Shown one piece after another: positions 1-11,925 of a stretch of DNA of 64,000 bases. The translations under genes and the position numbers were made by a program. The stretch spans positions 151,778,001-151,842,000 of the forward strand of contig NC_086097.1 in the NCBI RefSeq assembly GCF_963921235.1. Reading direction: 5' to 3'. Origin of the DNA: Mobula hypostoma (taxonomy: Eukaryota). The notes below the pieces were generated by a model. That model saw only the letters and a program-made list of their open reading frames with translations, had not been told where the DNA came from and searched no databases. How positions within the stretch are numbered: the first letter of the stretch is position 1; the number at the start of each line of letters is the position of its first letter.

Positions 1-339
1 CCCATCTTTATTGTTGAAATAACATCCACAGCTCTTTTAAGATCCACGTGAAATTATAGATCAAACTTTGATTAAGTGTTACATTTGAAAGTGTCTCATT
101 GTCTGTGAATTACTGTATTGGGCAGTAAGCTTTGATTTTGTTATCACATCTCTTGTGTCAGAGTTCAATACAGATGTGAGCGTGAGCTATAACTTGCACT
201 GGTAGAATACAAAATTAAAGCTTCCCATTGCAGCTTGAATCTTTTCTGCAGGATCTGTAAAATGCTCTGGGCAGGCACATATCTCAAACTGTAGTTGTGT
301 TCAGAACCGCACCAGGGGAGCATCCAAAACCCTGGAAGG

Positions 340-915
340 AAAACATCAAGGAAAGCATTTGAATGACTCAAGTCATGCCTCACACAAAGGTTGCAGTTGT
401 TGAGCTCAATAAATCAAACCTTGACGTGCACGATTTCTTCAAGGACTTGACCCACCTTCAGTTGCTTAGTCAATGATTTTCACTGGAAAGGCTGGAATGA
501 GAAACATTCATTGATGGTCGTGCAATGTTCAGTTCCACTTGTAACTACTCAATGAATGAAGAAGTCTTTACCAGCATGTAACAGGAGCTGGACAATATTT
601 AGCTCTGAGTAATAACTGGCAAGTAACATTCAAGACAGAAAAAGGTAAGAGGAGATGAACAACCCCAACAACAGGGAGGCTAAATGCCTATCCTTGATAT
701 TGAGTGCTGTTACCATTGTTGAACACCACCAACTAACAATGTTCCATGAGTCACAATGTGCCAGAAACTCAGCTGGACAGTTCACATAAATATTATGAGC
801 AAAATAAAGGTCGGAGGCATGATATACTGCGATAAGCAATTTATCTCCTGATACCCCGAAGGCTTTCAATGTCAGACTGTGATGGAATATTCTCCACTTT
901 CCGAGACAAGTGCAT
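340..915 (+). mobile_element. Old, decayed CR1/L2-group LINE RT fragment (5' part); continues at ~2075-2390
   Basis: Degenerate RT-region DNA resembling a common chondrichthyan LINE (…ggagctggacaatatt…ggcaagtaacatt…gtgatggaatattctccactt). No intact ORF. Confidence 0.6.
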
Positions 916-917
916 GG

Positions 918-2062
918 TCATAGAACATAGAATTGAAAGCAGTATAGCAATGGAAAAGGCCCTATCACGCACACTGTTGTGTCAAACTAATTAAATAAGG
1001 AATCAAGTGCCCAACTAAATGAACCCTTCCTGTGTACATAATGCCCATATCCTTCTGTTTCCAGAGCATTCATGTGCCTACCTTTGATCCTCTTGAACAT
1101 CCCTACTGTAGTGGCACTCACACCACCTCAGGCAGCATATTTCAGACACCTATCACTGTCTGTTTTAAAATCATTGCCCTGCACATTTCCTTTGAACTTA
1201 CTCCCTTTCACCTTAAAGGCATGCCCACTGGTATTAACATTTAAACTCTGGGAAAAAAAGCTACTGACTATTTATGTCTCTCATTGTCTTACAAACCTCT
1301 ATCATATTTCCTCTCAGACTCCGCTGCTCCAGAGAAAACTACCCAAGTTTGTCTAGCCTCTTCTTACAGCACATGCCCTCTAATCCAGACAGCATCCTGG
1401 TAAACCTCTTCTGCACCCTCCCCAAAATCATGATAGTCTTCCTACAATGGGGAAACCAGAAAGGATTGCAATACTCGATTTGTGGCCTAACTAGAGTTTT
1501 ATAAAGCTACAGCATATCTTCCTGACTCTTGAACTCAGTTCCTCTATTAGGTAGGTATGCTTTTTGCCTTCTTTACCACCCTATCAACCTGTGCAGTCAC
1601 TTTCAGGGAGCTATGAACCTGTAGCCCCAAGAACTCTCTGCCCATCAACACTGTTGAGGGTCTTGTTATTAACAGTATATTGTCTCTTTAGATTTCATCT
1701 GACAAGTGCAACTCTTCACATATGGCCATCTGAGATCTCCTTGCCCACATCTATAACTGATCTATGTCCCACCGGATCTTTTAGCAGTCTTCTATGCCAC
1801 CACAATATCACCATTTTTTGTATTGTTTGCAAACTAACTAATCCACCCATCTATGTTTGCATCTAGGTCATTTATCACAAGCAGCAGAGGTCCCAATACT
1901 GATCCTTGCAGAGCAGACCTCCAGCCAGAATAAATCCATTGACCACTACCTGTTGTCTTCCTCAAGGAAGCTAATTCTGAATCCAAACAGCAAATTCACC
2001 ATGAATCACTTGCATGTTAAATTTCAGGATGAGCCTTCCATGAGGCACCTTGTCAACCTTAA
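918..2062 (-). mobile_element. CR1-type LINE 3' fragment inserted into the older LINE
   Basis: Starts with the reverse-complement CR1 tail (catagaacatagaa). Reverse RT-region motifs run to …gaggcaccttgtcaa. Confidence 0.75.
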
Positions 2063-2074
2063 GGAACCATTTTA

Positions 2075-2390
2075 CACAATGCATTGTAATTATTCACCTA
2101 GACTAAACAGACAGCACCTTCTAATACTGCAGCTTCTACCATCTTGAAGAACTGAGACTTCTACCTGCAAGTTCCCTCACTTCATGCAGTATCCTGACTT
2201 TGAAATATATTACAGTTCCTTCGTGTTAGTTGAGTCTACATCCTGAAGCTGCCTCTCCAAAGGCACTACGAAAGTACCTTCACTAGAGGAACTGCAGAAG
2301 TTCAAGTACCATCTTCTCTAGAGCAACAAGAGAAGGGTAATTAATGCTGTCCTTGTCATTGATGACAGATCTCAAAATAATTAACAAATA
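2075..2390 (+). mobile_element. 3' end/UTR of the old LINE begun at ~340
   Basis: acagcaccttcta…cctgcaagttccc…ctgcagaagttcaag…taatgctg matches the typical 3' tail of this family. Confidence 0.55.
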
Positions 2391-2889
2391 AATGAACTCA
2401 AAGTTGAGTGCTAAGATGAGCAATATGAGAGATGTCTGAAAATATTTAAAAGATTTCAGCCATTTAGATAAAGCAAATGAGGACATCCTGTGAGGCATGA
2501 AGTGGCACTCATAATCACAATAGGGTGCATTTCTAATAAAAAGTAACAGCGAAACAGATTCAAAGGGCCAAATGGCCTAATTTTGCTTCTATGTATTATT
2601 GTCTACGGTAAGTAATATTTGCAATAATAACAGTTTGAATACCAGTCCCCATGCAATTTCAATACTCCCACAGAGCACCATCAGTATTCCTGCAGTAAAT
2701 GGGAACTCTACCCCAACCAGCAGCACTCCCCTGCCCTGTGATACCTGTGTCTTAGAGTCCCAAATTATCATGATTTAGCATTATCCGCTGCAACTCACCC
2801 CTCCCTCCCATAATCTTTTCACTTCTTGCAAAGCTCAAAGGGGCTCTAATAAGGTTCAGCCTTTTAAAGCTGGCTTTATATATATATAG

Positions 2890-4116
2890 TAGAGTGGATA
2901 GGGGAGAACCAGTGGATGTGGTATATTTGGATTTTCAAAAGGCTTTTGACAAGGTCCCACACAGGAGATTAGTGTGCAAACTTAAAGCACACGGTATTGG
3001 GGGTAAGGTATTGGTGTGGGTGGAGAATTGGTTAGCAGACAGGAAGCAAAGAGTGGGAATAAACGGGACCTTTTCAGAATGGCAGGCAGTGACTAGTGGG
3101 GTACCGCAAGGCTCAGTGCTGGGACCCCAGTTGTTTACAATATATATTAATGACTTGGATGAGGGAATTAAATGCAGCATCTCCAAGTTTGCGGATGACA
3201 CGAAGCTGGGTGGCAGTGTTAGCAGTGAGGAGGATGCTAAGAGGATGCAGGGTGACTTGGATAGGTTGGGTGAGTGGGCAAACTCATGGCAGATGCAATT
3301 TAATGTGGATAAATGTGAAGTTATCCACTTTGGTGGCAAAAATAAGAAAACAGATTATTATCTGAATGGTGGCCGATTAGGAAAAGGGGAGGTGCAGCGA
3401 GACCTGGGTGTCATTATACACCAGTCATTGAAAGTGGGCATGCAGGTACAGCAGGCGGTGAAAAAGGCGAACGGTATGCTGGCATTTATAGCGAGAGGAT
3501 TCGAGTACAGGAGCAGGGAGGTACTACTGCAGTTGTACAAGGCCTTGGTGAGACCACACCTGGAGTATTGTGTGCAGTTTTGGTCCCCTAATCTGAGGAA
3601 AGACATCTTTGCCATAGAGGGAGTACAAAGAAGGTTCACCAGATTGATTCCTGGGATGGCAGGTCTTTCATATGAAGAAAGACTGGATGAACTGGGCTTG
3701 TACTCGTTGGAATTTAGAAGATTGAGGGGGGATCTGATTGAAATGTATAAGATCCTAAACGGATTGGACAGGCTAGATGCGGGAAGATTGTTCCCGATGT
3801 TGGGGAGGTCCAGAACGAGGGGTCACAGTTTGAGGATAGAGGGGAAGCCTTTTAGGACCGAGATTAGGAAAAACTTCTTCACACAGAGGGTGGTGAATCT
3901 GTGGAATTCTCTGCCACAGCAAACTGTTGAGGCCAGTTCATTGGCTATGTTTAAGAGGGAGTTAGATATGGCCCTTGTGGCTACAGGGGTCAGGGGGTAT
4001 GGAGGGAAGGCTGGGTTCTGAGTTGGATGATCAGCCATGATCATAATAAATGGCGGTGCAGGCTCGAAGGGCCGAATGGCCTACTCCTGCACCTATTTTC
4101 TATGTTTCTATGTTTC
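2890..4116 (+). mobile_element. Young 5'-truncated CR1 LINE with (CTATGTTT)n tail and exact 13-bp TSD
   Basis: TATATATATATAG at 2877-2889 and 4117-4129; tail ctatgtttctatgtttc. Confidence 0.95.
2894..4021 (+). CDS. CR1 ORF2 C-terminal reverse-transcriptase fragment (uninterrupted 375 aa, 5'-truncated)
   Basis: VYLDFQKAFDKVPH, SGVPQGSVLGP, KFADD, LVRPHLEYCVQFWSP, NFFTQRVVNLWNSLP motifs. Confidence 0.93.
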   Translation: MDRGEPVDVVYLDFQKAFDKVPHRRLVCKLKAHGIGGKVLVWVENWLADRKQRVGINGTFSEWQAVTSGVPQGSVLGPQLFTIYINDLDEGIKCSISKFADDTKLGGSVSSEEDAKRMQGDLDRLGEWANSWQMQFNVDKCEVIHFGGKNKKTDYYLNGGRLGKGEVQRDLGVIIHQSLKVGMQVQQAVKKANGMLAFIARGFEYRSREVLLQLYKALVRPHLEYCVQFWSPNLRKDIFAIEGVQRRFTRLIPGMAGLSYEERLDELGLYSLEFRRLRGDLIEMYKILNGLDRLDAGRLFPMLGRSRTRGHSLRIEGKPFRTEIRKNFFTQRVVNLWNSLPQQTVEASSLAMFKRELDMALVATGVRGYGGKAGF

Positions 4117-4129
4117 TATATATATATAG

Positions 4130-5775
4130 ATATAGTGCAAAAAGAGAGCAAAATAGTGATGTACTCTTCATGGGTTCAAAACCATTCAGCAATCTGATGG
4201 TAGAAGGGAAGATGCTGGGTATGAATCTGCAGGCTCCTGAACCTCCTCATTCATGGTAGTAATGAGGAGAGGGCATGTTCTGGATGGTGAGGGTCCTTCT
4301 TGAGGCATTGCCTTTTGAAGATGGCCTCGATGTTGAGGAAGCTGGTGGCAGTGATGGAGCTGGCTGTTTGCAACCCTCTGCAGCTTTATCAACCCTACAA
4401 ATTGGAGGCTCCATACCGGGCGGTGATGCAACCAGTCAGAATGTATATATGTAGAAATTTGCTACAGTTCTCCTCAAGGTCCTAATGAAGTAGAACCAGT
4501 GGCATGCCTTCTTCTTGACTGCTGTTACATGCTCAAGGAGATGTGTTTTTTTTTAGTGAGAATGCTGTAATGGTCTTTTGGAGGTCACCTGATGTGATTT
4601 TCCCGCCGATGTGAGGTCACGTGATGACATGTGCCCTGTGACTATATAAGGGTCGACCCAGGTGACGCAGTTGGTTTTTGAGTTTGTAGATTTCCAGGTA
4701 GAACGTGCTGTATCTCCATTTCTGTTGCGCGTTTGTTTTTGGTGACGCAGTTTCATTTTTAAAACGGTTGTGTGTTCTGTTGCAAAATACCTTATTATTT
4801 GGACTGGAAATTTTTGCTAGATGTGTTGATTTACTCAATTCCAACATTCGAAGGGAGAGTGAAGAATTCATCGAAGTGCAAAATCGAAGGATGGAGAGGA
4901 GTCGGCATTGTTTGGCAGTTTAATAAAGGATCGACCTTATTGAGTCTTCGTTGGAGTAGTAGCTACCTGCATCGAGATAACTGTTGCCAGAAAGGGCAAT
5001 GAGTTCATGCAAAAAAGTGCTCTCTCTCTAAAGGAATTTAAGGTCAGTTGATTTAAACTGTTTATTTTCGGCATTGTGAATCCTGTGGACAGAACCAGCA
5101 GTAAAGTTGCGTCTGTGAAGAAATCCTTCTCCAGAGAAGCCTCTCCCAATTGAACGTGTAAATCTATTGGACTTTCGAAGTTATCGCTTTAAGAACTATA
5201 TCTGACTGTATTGCTTTAAGAACTGTTTTCACATTTAACACTTTAAGAACCAGAGCCTAGTGGTGAGTTGGTGAACAGCTGCATATCTGTTAACTTCCAG
5301 TTAAAGTTTTCGTTTGTTTTTTTTTCCCTTATTGTTTATCGGTGTATAATAAATGTTTGGTTATTTTTATATAACCTGTCTCGATTAATATTCATTGTTG
5401 CCGGTTACGTAACACTGCATTAATACGAATGGGCCCAAGATAGATCTTCAGCGATGATGTCACCCAAAAACTTGAAGATGCTCACTTTTTCCAATGCTGA
5501 CCCCTCAATAAGGGCTTGTGTGTGTTCTTTCGAATTCCCCTTCCTGAAATCCACAATCAATTCCTTGGCCTTAATGATGCTGAATGCACACTTGTTGCTG
5601 TGACACCTCTCAACCAGCTAATCTGTCACACTCATGTATACTTCCTCGATACCATCTGAGATTCTGCCAACAACAGAGGTGCCATCAGTGATTTTATAAA
5701 TGGCGTTTGAGATGTGCCTAGCCGTGAGTGTACAGAGAGAAGGGCAATAGGCCAAACAAACATTGTTGATTGAGG
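4130..5775 (-). mobile_element. Rex1/Babar-like LINE RT fragment, split by a solo LTR
   Basis: Reverse RT-region DNA (gtgatgcaaccagtcagaatg; ctgaaatccacaatcaattccttgg; gtgccatcagtgattttata) is collinear on both sides of the LTR. Confidence 0.7.
4523..5414 (+). mobile_element. Solo LTR (Gypsy-like, 892 bp)
   Basis: Termini TGTTAC…GTAACA; 4-bp TSD CTGC (4519-4522 / 5415-5418); TATATAA at 4643; AATAAA at 5348. Confidence 0.9.
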
Positions 5776-5899
5776 AGGAGATCAAATCTTTGACTGTGGT
5801 CCAACGTTCCCTCTGGGTTTTTTTTTCACAGCTGGGCGGACCACCCATTGCTCTGTGCGGGAAATATTTCACAGCCTGGAAACTGTGTGGCACATTCGT

Positions 5900-6722
5900 C
5901 CCTACCCACTAATCTCCCTCCTGGCACTGATTCTTGCTAGTGGAACAAGTGCTGCACCTGCCTCTACATCTCCTCGCCCACTACCATTCAGGGCCCCAAA
6001 CAGTCCTTCCAGGTGAGGTGACACTTCACCTGTGAGTCCGTTGGGGCGATACACTGCATCCCGTGCTCCCGGCGTGGCCTCCTCTATATTGGTGATACCC
6101 GACGTAGATTGGGAGACTACTTCGCCGAGCACATACAATATATCTGCAAGAAAAGTGGGATCTCTCAATGGCCGCCCATTTTAATTCCACTTTCCATTCT
6201 CATTATGATATGTCTATCCATGGCCTCCTCCACTATCATGGTGAGGTCACACTCAGGCTGGAGGAACAACACCTTATATTCCGTCTGGGTACCCTCCATC
6301 CTAATGGCATGAATGTCGATTTTTTGATCTTTTGGTAATGGCCCCCACCTCTCCTTCACCATTTCCCATCCCCTTTTCCCTCTCTCACTTCATCTACTTG
6401 CCTGCCCATCGCCTCACTCTGGTGCTCCACCCCTTTTTCTTTCTTCCATGGCCTTCTGTCCTCTTCTATTAGATTCCCCCTTCTCCAGCCCTGTATCTCT
6501 TTCACCAGTCAACTTCCCAGCTCTTTTCTTCACCCCTCCCCCTCCTGGTTTCACCTATCACCTTGTGCTTCTCCCTCCCCTTCCCCCACCCTTTAACTCT
6601 ACTCCTCATCCTTATTTCTCCAGTCCTGATGAAGGGTCTCGGCCAGAAACGTCAACTGTACTCTTTTCCGTCGATGATGATGGCCTGCTGAGTTCTTGCA
6701 GGATATTGTGTGTGTTGCTGGC
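5900..6722 (+). mobile_element. Penelope-like element 3' fragment (decayed GIY-YIG end + pseudo-LTR)
   Basis: Homologous to 21900-22718 (HFTCES…LYIGDTRRRL…RLEEQHLIFRLG), followed by a pyrimidine-rich UTR and hammerhead motif. Confidence 0.9.
6621..6658 (+). ncRNA. Minimal type-I hammerhead ribozyme in Penelope pLTR (core intact, stems I/II each with a mismatch)
   Basis: CAGTC-CTGATGA-A-GGGTCTCGGCCA-GAAACGTC-AACTG. Confidence 0.7.
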
Positions 6723-6889
6723 ACTTCAAATGTTTTTCTGTATTTCAAATATTTTAACTGGATGGCCTCTGTATTCAGTGGGCCGGTGATTTATTAACAA
6801 GGAGATACTGACTTCAATTCTCTGTTTATTTTTACAATTTGTAACTTGAAACACTGACAATGTAAATACATTGAAGCTCTATCTAAAGT

Positions 6890-7670
6890 GTAGAATCATA
6901 GAGTCATAGAAAAGTACAATACAGAAACAGGCCCTTCAGCCCATCTGGTTTGTGTCAAACTATTTAAACTGTCTACTCTCATTGACCTGCACTGGGACCG
7001 TAGCCCTCCATGCCCCTACCATCCATGTATCTATCCAAACTTCCCCTAAACTTTAAAATCAAGCTTGAATGCACCACTTGTGCATTACGAGGGGTGATTG
7101 ATAAGTTCGTGGCCTGAGGTAGAAGGAGATGAGTTATACAGCTCTCGTTACATGCATGTGCAGTTCAACTCTTTGAGTGATTATGCAGAAAGTTTGAAGT
7201 TAATAACTCATCAGGGGTGATTGATAAGTTCGTGGCCCAAGCTAGAAGGAGATTAGTTATTAATTTCAAACTTTCTGCATAATCACTCGAAGAGTTGAAC
7301 TGCATATGCATGTAACAAGAGCTGTATAATTCATCTCCTTCTACCGTAGGCCACAAACTTATCAATCACCCCTGCTGTGGACACTTTCTGGAGGTCCAAG
7401 ATCCGTATACTTCAGGACCATTGGACTGAGTGTGTAAATGTAGGAAGGGACTATGTTGAAAAATAAATGTGCTAGGTTTTCTAAAATTGACTCCTTCTAC
7501 CTTAGGCCACGAACTTATCAATCACCCCTCATAAACCTTCCACCGTTCACCCTTAATTCATGAGCTCTGGTTGTAGTCCCACCCAACCTCAGTGGAAAAA
7601 GCTTGCTTGCATTTACCCTATCTATATTCCCATAATTATGTATACCTCTATCAAATCTCTCCTCAAAGTT
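6890..7670 (-). mobile_element. CR1 3' end fragment interrupted by a mariner element
   Basis: Reverse tail tagaatcatagagtcatag…; collinear CR1 3' sequence resumes after 7533. Confidence 0.75.
7088..7531. mobile_element. Non-autonomous mariner-like DNA transposon with internally duplicated and inverted TIRs
   Basis: TIR CGAGGGGTGATTGATAAGTTCGTGGCCT…GGTAGAAGG and its reverse complement, with TA on both sides; internal GGGACTATGTTGAAAAATAA encodes the mariner C-terminus (DYVEK*). Confidence 0.9.
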
Positions 7671-8089
7671 GTTGTGGCATATTTATTATTTAGATAATTT
7701 ATGGTTTATATTCAGTAACACATAATTAATTATAAGGTATTTCACAATTATGTCAACACAGATTTCAAAATCATATTCGCATAATTTCAAAATTATATTG
7801 ACATTATATAAAATAAAATCCCAGCTGCATGGCAAGAAAGGTTATGTGCATGGGAGCATTTCAGTTACTGCACGGCTACGCACCCACACAGTTTAAAGGG
7901 AACAGTGCCGTGGTCTCCCATTGAAGAACTCAAGCATCCAGTTGCAGAGGGAGGTCCAGGCATCACATGTCAAAAACACCAGCTCTTCTATGATCCTAAG
8001 CATCCAGCTGGATGGCAGTTCTTCAGCTGATAGCAGGAATATTGTGCTATTCATTATTTTAGAATGTGAACATTATTGACAATGATGAT

Positions 8090-8395
8090 AACTATTGTCT
8101 CTAATTGCCCCTGAACTGAAGGGACAGTTATAATTCAATCATTTTGGAGGGTGGGTATTCACTGTAGACAGGGGAAGATGGCAATTTCCTTCTTTGGTAG
8201 ACATTAGTGAACTGGATCAGTTTTCACTGTACTCAGCATAATTTTTATCTTCACTGAGCCTCGCCTTTTTGTTTAAACTAGACATTTCTTCAATTACTTG
8301 AGTTTAAATTCTTCAGCTACAGGGTTTGAATTTGTGTGTCTGACTCAATGGTTCAGAATTCGGGCTTCCAGTCCCCAAACTTAACTATGTCATGA
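8090..8395 (-). mobile_element. Old tRNA-derived SINE (same family as ~18995-19410 and ~50270-50490)
   Basis: Reverse motifs ctaattgcccctgaactga…gacattagtgaactggat…tttaaattc…gggtttgaa. Confidence 0.55.
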
Positions 8396-9039
8396 CCTCT
8401 ATGATCTCTAAGAAAACAAGATGTCCGAATAGTACATGGTCTGCCACTAGTGAAAAAGTTAGGTTTGACTGCATGTAAGTGGAGGACTTCGAATAAGCCA
8501 ATCCTTTACAGTCTTTGGAAGTAAGCCTGTGGGTAGGAACTATTTTAATAAAAATAAATTAATTCAAATTTGCCAGATGTACTGAATTATCTATGGATTA
8601 CAATCACACAAAAACCACCAACCACACCCTTCCCCTTTTCCTTAGCATTTAATCCTCAGCAGGGATACAATTTACCCTGGGCTAATATCTAGGCCCGTGA
8701 TTAGGTTTGTATACATACTGAAGAACAACTTTGATATTTCTTATAACAGCACTTGGTGATTTTTGTAGCTAAAGTAATTTTGCTTTCTGAATTTTTATAT
8801 TTTACTATGATTGGCTCTCTCCTCATGGACTCTAACATTGTACATATGCCTGCTTGATTTTATCTAAAAGGCAGCGTGGAAGGGAAGAATTGTTTTCTTT
8901 TGGAGATAATGACCTTTATTATTTGCCTCAAATATGGCTTATTTTCCAGATGGCATTTCTACATTCAAAATAGCTTGCCAGTGCAAGAGATGAACCTTAA
9001 AGTGACAAAGCTGATTCTAAGGAAGAAAAAATAAATAAA

Positions 9040-9385
9040 AATACTACAGATGCTGGACAGTGAAATAAAAATAGAAAATGCTCAAAATGCAGAACAAATC
9101 ACGCAGCATCTATGGGAGGAGAAACAGAGATAATGGATCAAACAAAGGTCCTTGGTCAGAATTCTTACAAGTGGACTTTGAATTGAAACATTAACTCTGT
9201 TTCTCCTGGTAAAGGGTCTTGACCTTAAATGTCTTAAAGGTCTTAAAAATCAACTGTTTTTTCCTGTCTATGGGTGCTGCCTGACCTGCTAAGTTCCTCC
9301 AGCATTTAGTGTGTGTCACTCTGTTTCTCTTTGCTCATGTGAGGCCTGACCGGCTGAGTGTTCCCAGCATTTTTTGTACTTTCCC
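9040..9385. mobile_element. Old inverted Penelope-pLTR fold-back containing a younger pLTR fragment (9206-9317) with a 12-bp TSD
   Basis: Arms …gcagcatctatgggaggagaaacagag / ctctgtttctc…cccagcattttt; TSD ACTCTGTTTCTC at 9194-9205 and 9318-9329. Confidence 0.7.
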
Positions 9386-9734
9386 TGTAGAAAGGGTCTG
9401 ACTAAGCCACTGCTGAAACTTTCAACGGTTTGGGGCGGGCTGAAGAGGGGACGGCTGCTTCAAGTTTCTCTTCCATCAAGAGATGCAACACTGGATTTGA
9501 CTGCCAACCCCTCTGCCTATTACACTCAGCTCTTCCGCGTGCGTGTCAAGCGTAGGTAATGGAGGTGCAGGTATAGAAATTCCACCCGGAACCTTGGCAC
9601 TTCTTTCCACATATTGGGTGGGGAAAGAGCCGGTTAGTCCTGGCAGATGCTGAAGGGGAATCTTGTTTATGGCTGGGAGGCAATTCTAACTGCTAAAATT
9701 GCTGTAAGTTCTTACTGTGACCCAACTAATTACA

Positions 9735-11925
9735 CAAGACCATAAGATATAGGAGCAGAATTAGGCCATTTGGCCCATTGAGTCTGCTCTGCCATTTCAT
9801 CGTGGCTGATACATCTTTCCTCTCAATCTCTGTCTCCTGCCTTTCCCCCGTATCCCTTCATGCCCTGACTATTCAAGAACCTATCAACCTCTGCCTTAAA
9901 TATACATAAATGCGGCCTCCACAGTTGCCTGTGGAGCATTCCACACATTCACCATTTTCTGGCTAAAGGTATTCCTCCTCATATCCATTCTAAAAGGACA
10001 CTCCTCTATTCTGAAGCTGTGTCCTCTGGTCTTACAATCTCTCACCATAGGATACATCTTCTCCACATCTACTCTATCAAGGCCTTTCACTATTCGATAG
10101 TTTCAATGAGGCCACACCTCATTCTTCTGAATGCCAGTGAATACAGGCCCAGAGCCATCAATTGTACTTCATACAACAAGCTATTCAATCCTGGAATCAT
10201 TTTTGTGAACCTCCTTTGAACCCTCTCTAGTTTCAGTACATCCTTACTAAGATAAGGTGCCCAAAACTGCTCACAATACTCCAAATGAGGCCTCACCTGT
10301 GCTTTATAAAGTCTCAACATTATATCCTTGCTTTTATATTCTATTCCTCTTGATATGAATGCTAACATTGCATTAGTAAGTGCATGATTATACACTTCCC
10401 AACACTGAATTCCATCTGCCATTTCTTCTCCCATTCTCCTAATCTGTCTAAGTCCTTATGTAGTCTCTCTACTTCCTCAAAACTACCGTCCCTCCACCTT
10501 TTATATCATATGCAACCTTTGCAACAAAACTATCAATTCCATCATCCAAATTATTGATATATAACATAACAAGAATTGGTCACAACACAGACCCCTGTAG
10601 AACACCACTTGTCACCTGTAGCCCTTTGTTCCCACAAAATTCCCAGAAAAGGTTGCGTTTATTCCCACTCTTTGCCTCCTGTCAACCAGCCACTGCTTTA
10701 TCCATGCTGAAATCTTTCCCGTAATACCATGTGCTCATAGCTTGTTAAGCACCTTGTCAAAGGCCTTCTGAAGATCCAAGTAGGCAACACCAACTGATTT
10801 TCTTTTGTCTATTCTGCTTGTTCCTTCTTCAAAGAATTCTAGCAGATACGTCAGGCAAGAGTTTCCCTTGAGAAAAACATGCTGGCTATGGCCTATTTTA
10901 TCAAGTGCCTCCAAGTACCCTGAGACCTCATCCTTAATAATTGACCTCAATATCTTCTCAACCTCTGAGGTCAGGCTAACTGACCTATAGTTTCCCTTCT
11001 TCTACCTCTCTCTCTTCTTGAAGAGTGGAATGACATTTGCAATTTTCCACTCTTGTGGAACCATTCTAGAATCTAGTGATTCTTGAAAGATCATTACTAA
11101 TGCCTTCATGAACTTTTCAGCCGTCTCTTTTAGAACCCGGGGATGTACACCATCCAGTACAGGTGACTTATTTTCCTTTAGATCTTTCAATTTCTCAAGA
11201 ACCTTCTCTCTAGTTATGGTAACTTCACACACTTCATAAATCCCTGACACCTGGAACTTTCACCATACTGTTTGTGTCTTCCACAAAAAAGTCTGATACA
11301 AAATACTTAATTGGTTCATCTGCCACTTCATTGTCCCCCATTACTCTCTCTCCAGCATTGTTTCCCAGCAGTCCGTTATCCACTCTCACTGCATTTTTTT
11401 TACACATTATGTATCTAAAAAAACTTTTGGTACCATCTTTAATATTATTGACTAGCTTACTTTCATATTTCATCTTTTCCTTCTTCATGATATTTTAGTT
11501 GCCTTCTGTTGGTTTTAGAAAGCTTCCAAATCCTCTAACTTCCCACTAATTTTGCTCTATTGTATGCCCTCTCTTTGGTTGTTATGTTGGCTTTCACTTC
11601 TGTTAGTCACAGTTAATTCATCTTGCCTTTAGGATATTTCTTCCTCTTTGGGATGTTTATATCCTGTGTCTTCCCAATTGCTTCCAGAAATTCTAGCCAT
11701 TGCTGCTCTGCCTTCATCCCTGCCAGTGTTCTTTTCCAAACAATTCATTCTCAAGTCTCTGTAATTCCCTTTACTCCACTATAATACTGATACATCTAAT
11801 TTTAGCTTCTCCATCTCAAATTTCAGGGTGAATCCAATCATATTTTGATCACTTACCCCTCAGAGTTCTTTTACCTTAAGATCTCTAATCCAGTTTCATT
11901 GCACAACACCCAATCCAGAATAGAC
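9735..11925 (-). mobile_element. CR1 LINE, ~2.2-kb frameshifted ORF2 fragment
   Basis: Reverse tail aagaccataagatatagg; ORFs 10090-10434 (RPHLEYCEQFWAP), 10735-10950 (YLDLQKAFDKV), 11002-11250 (WKIANVIPLFKK). Confidence 0.9.
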
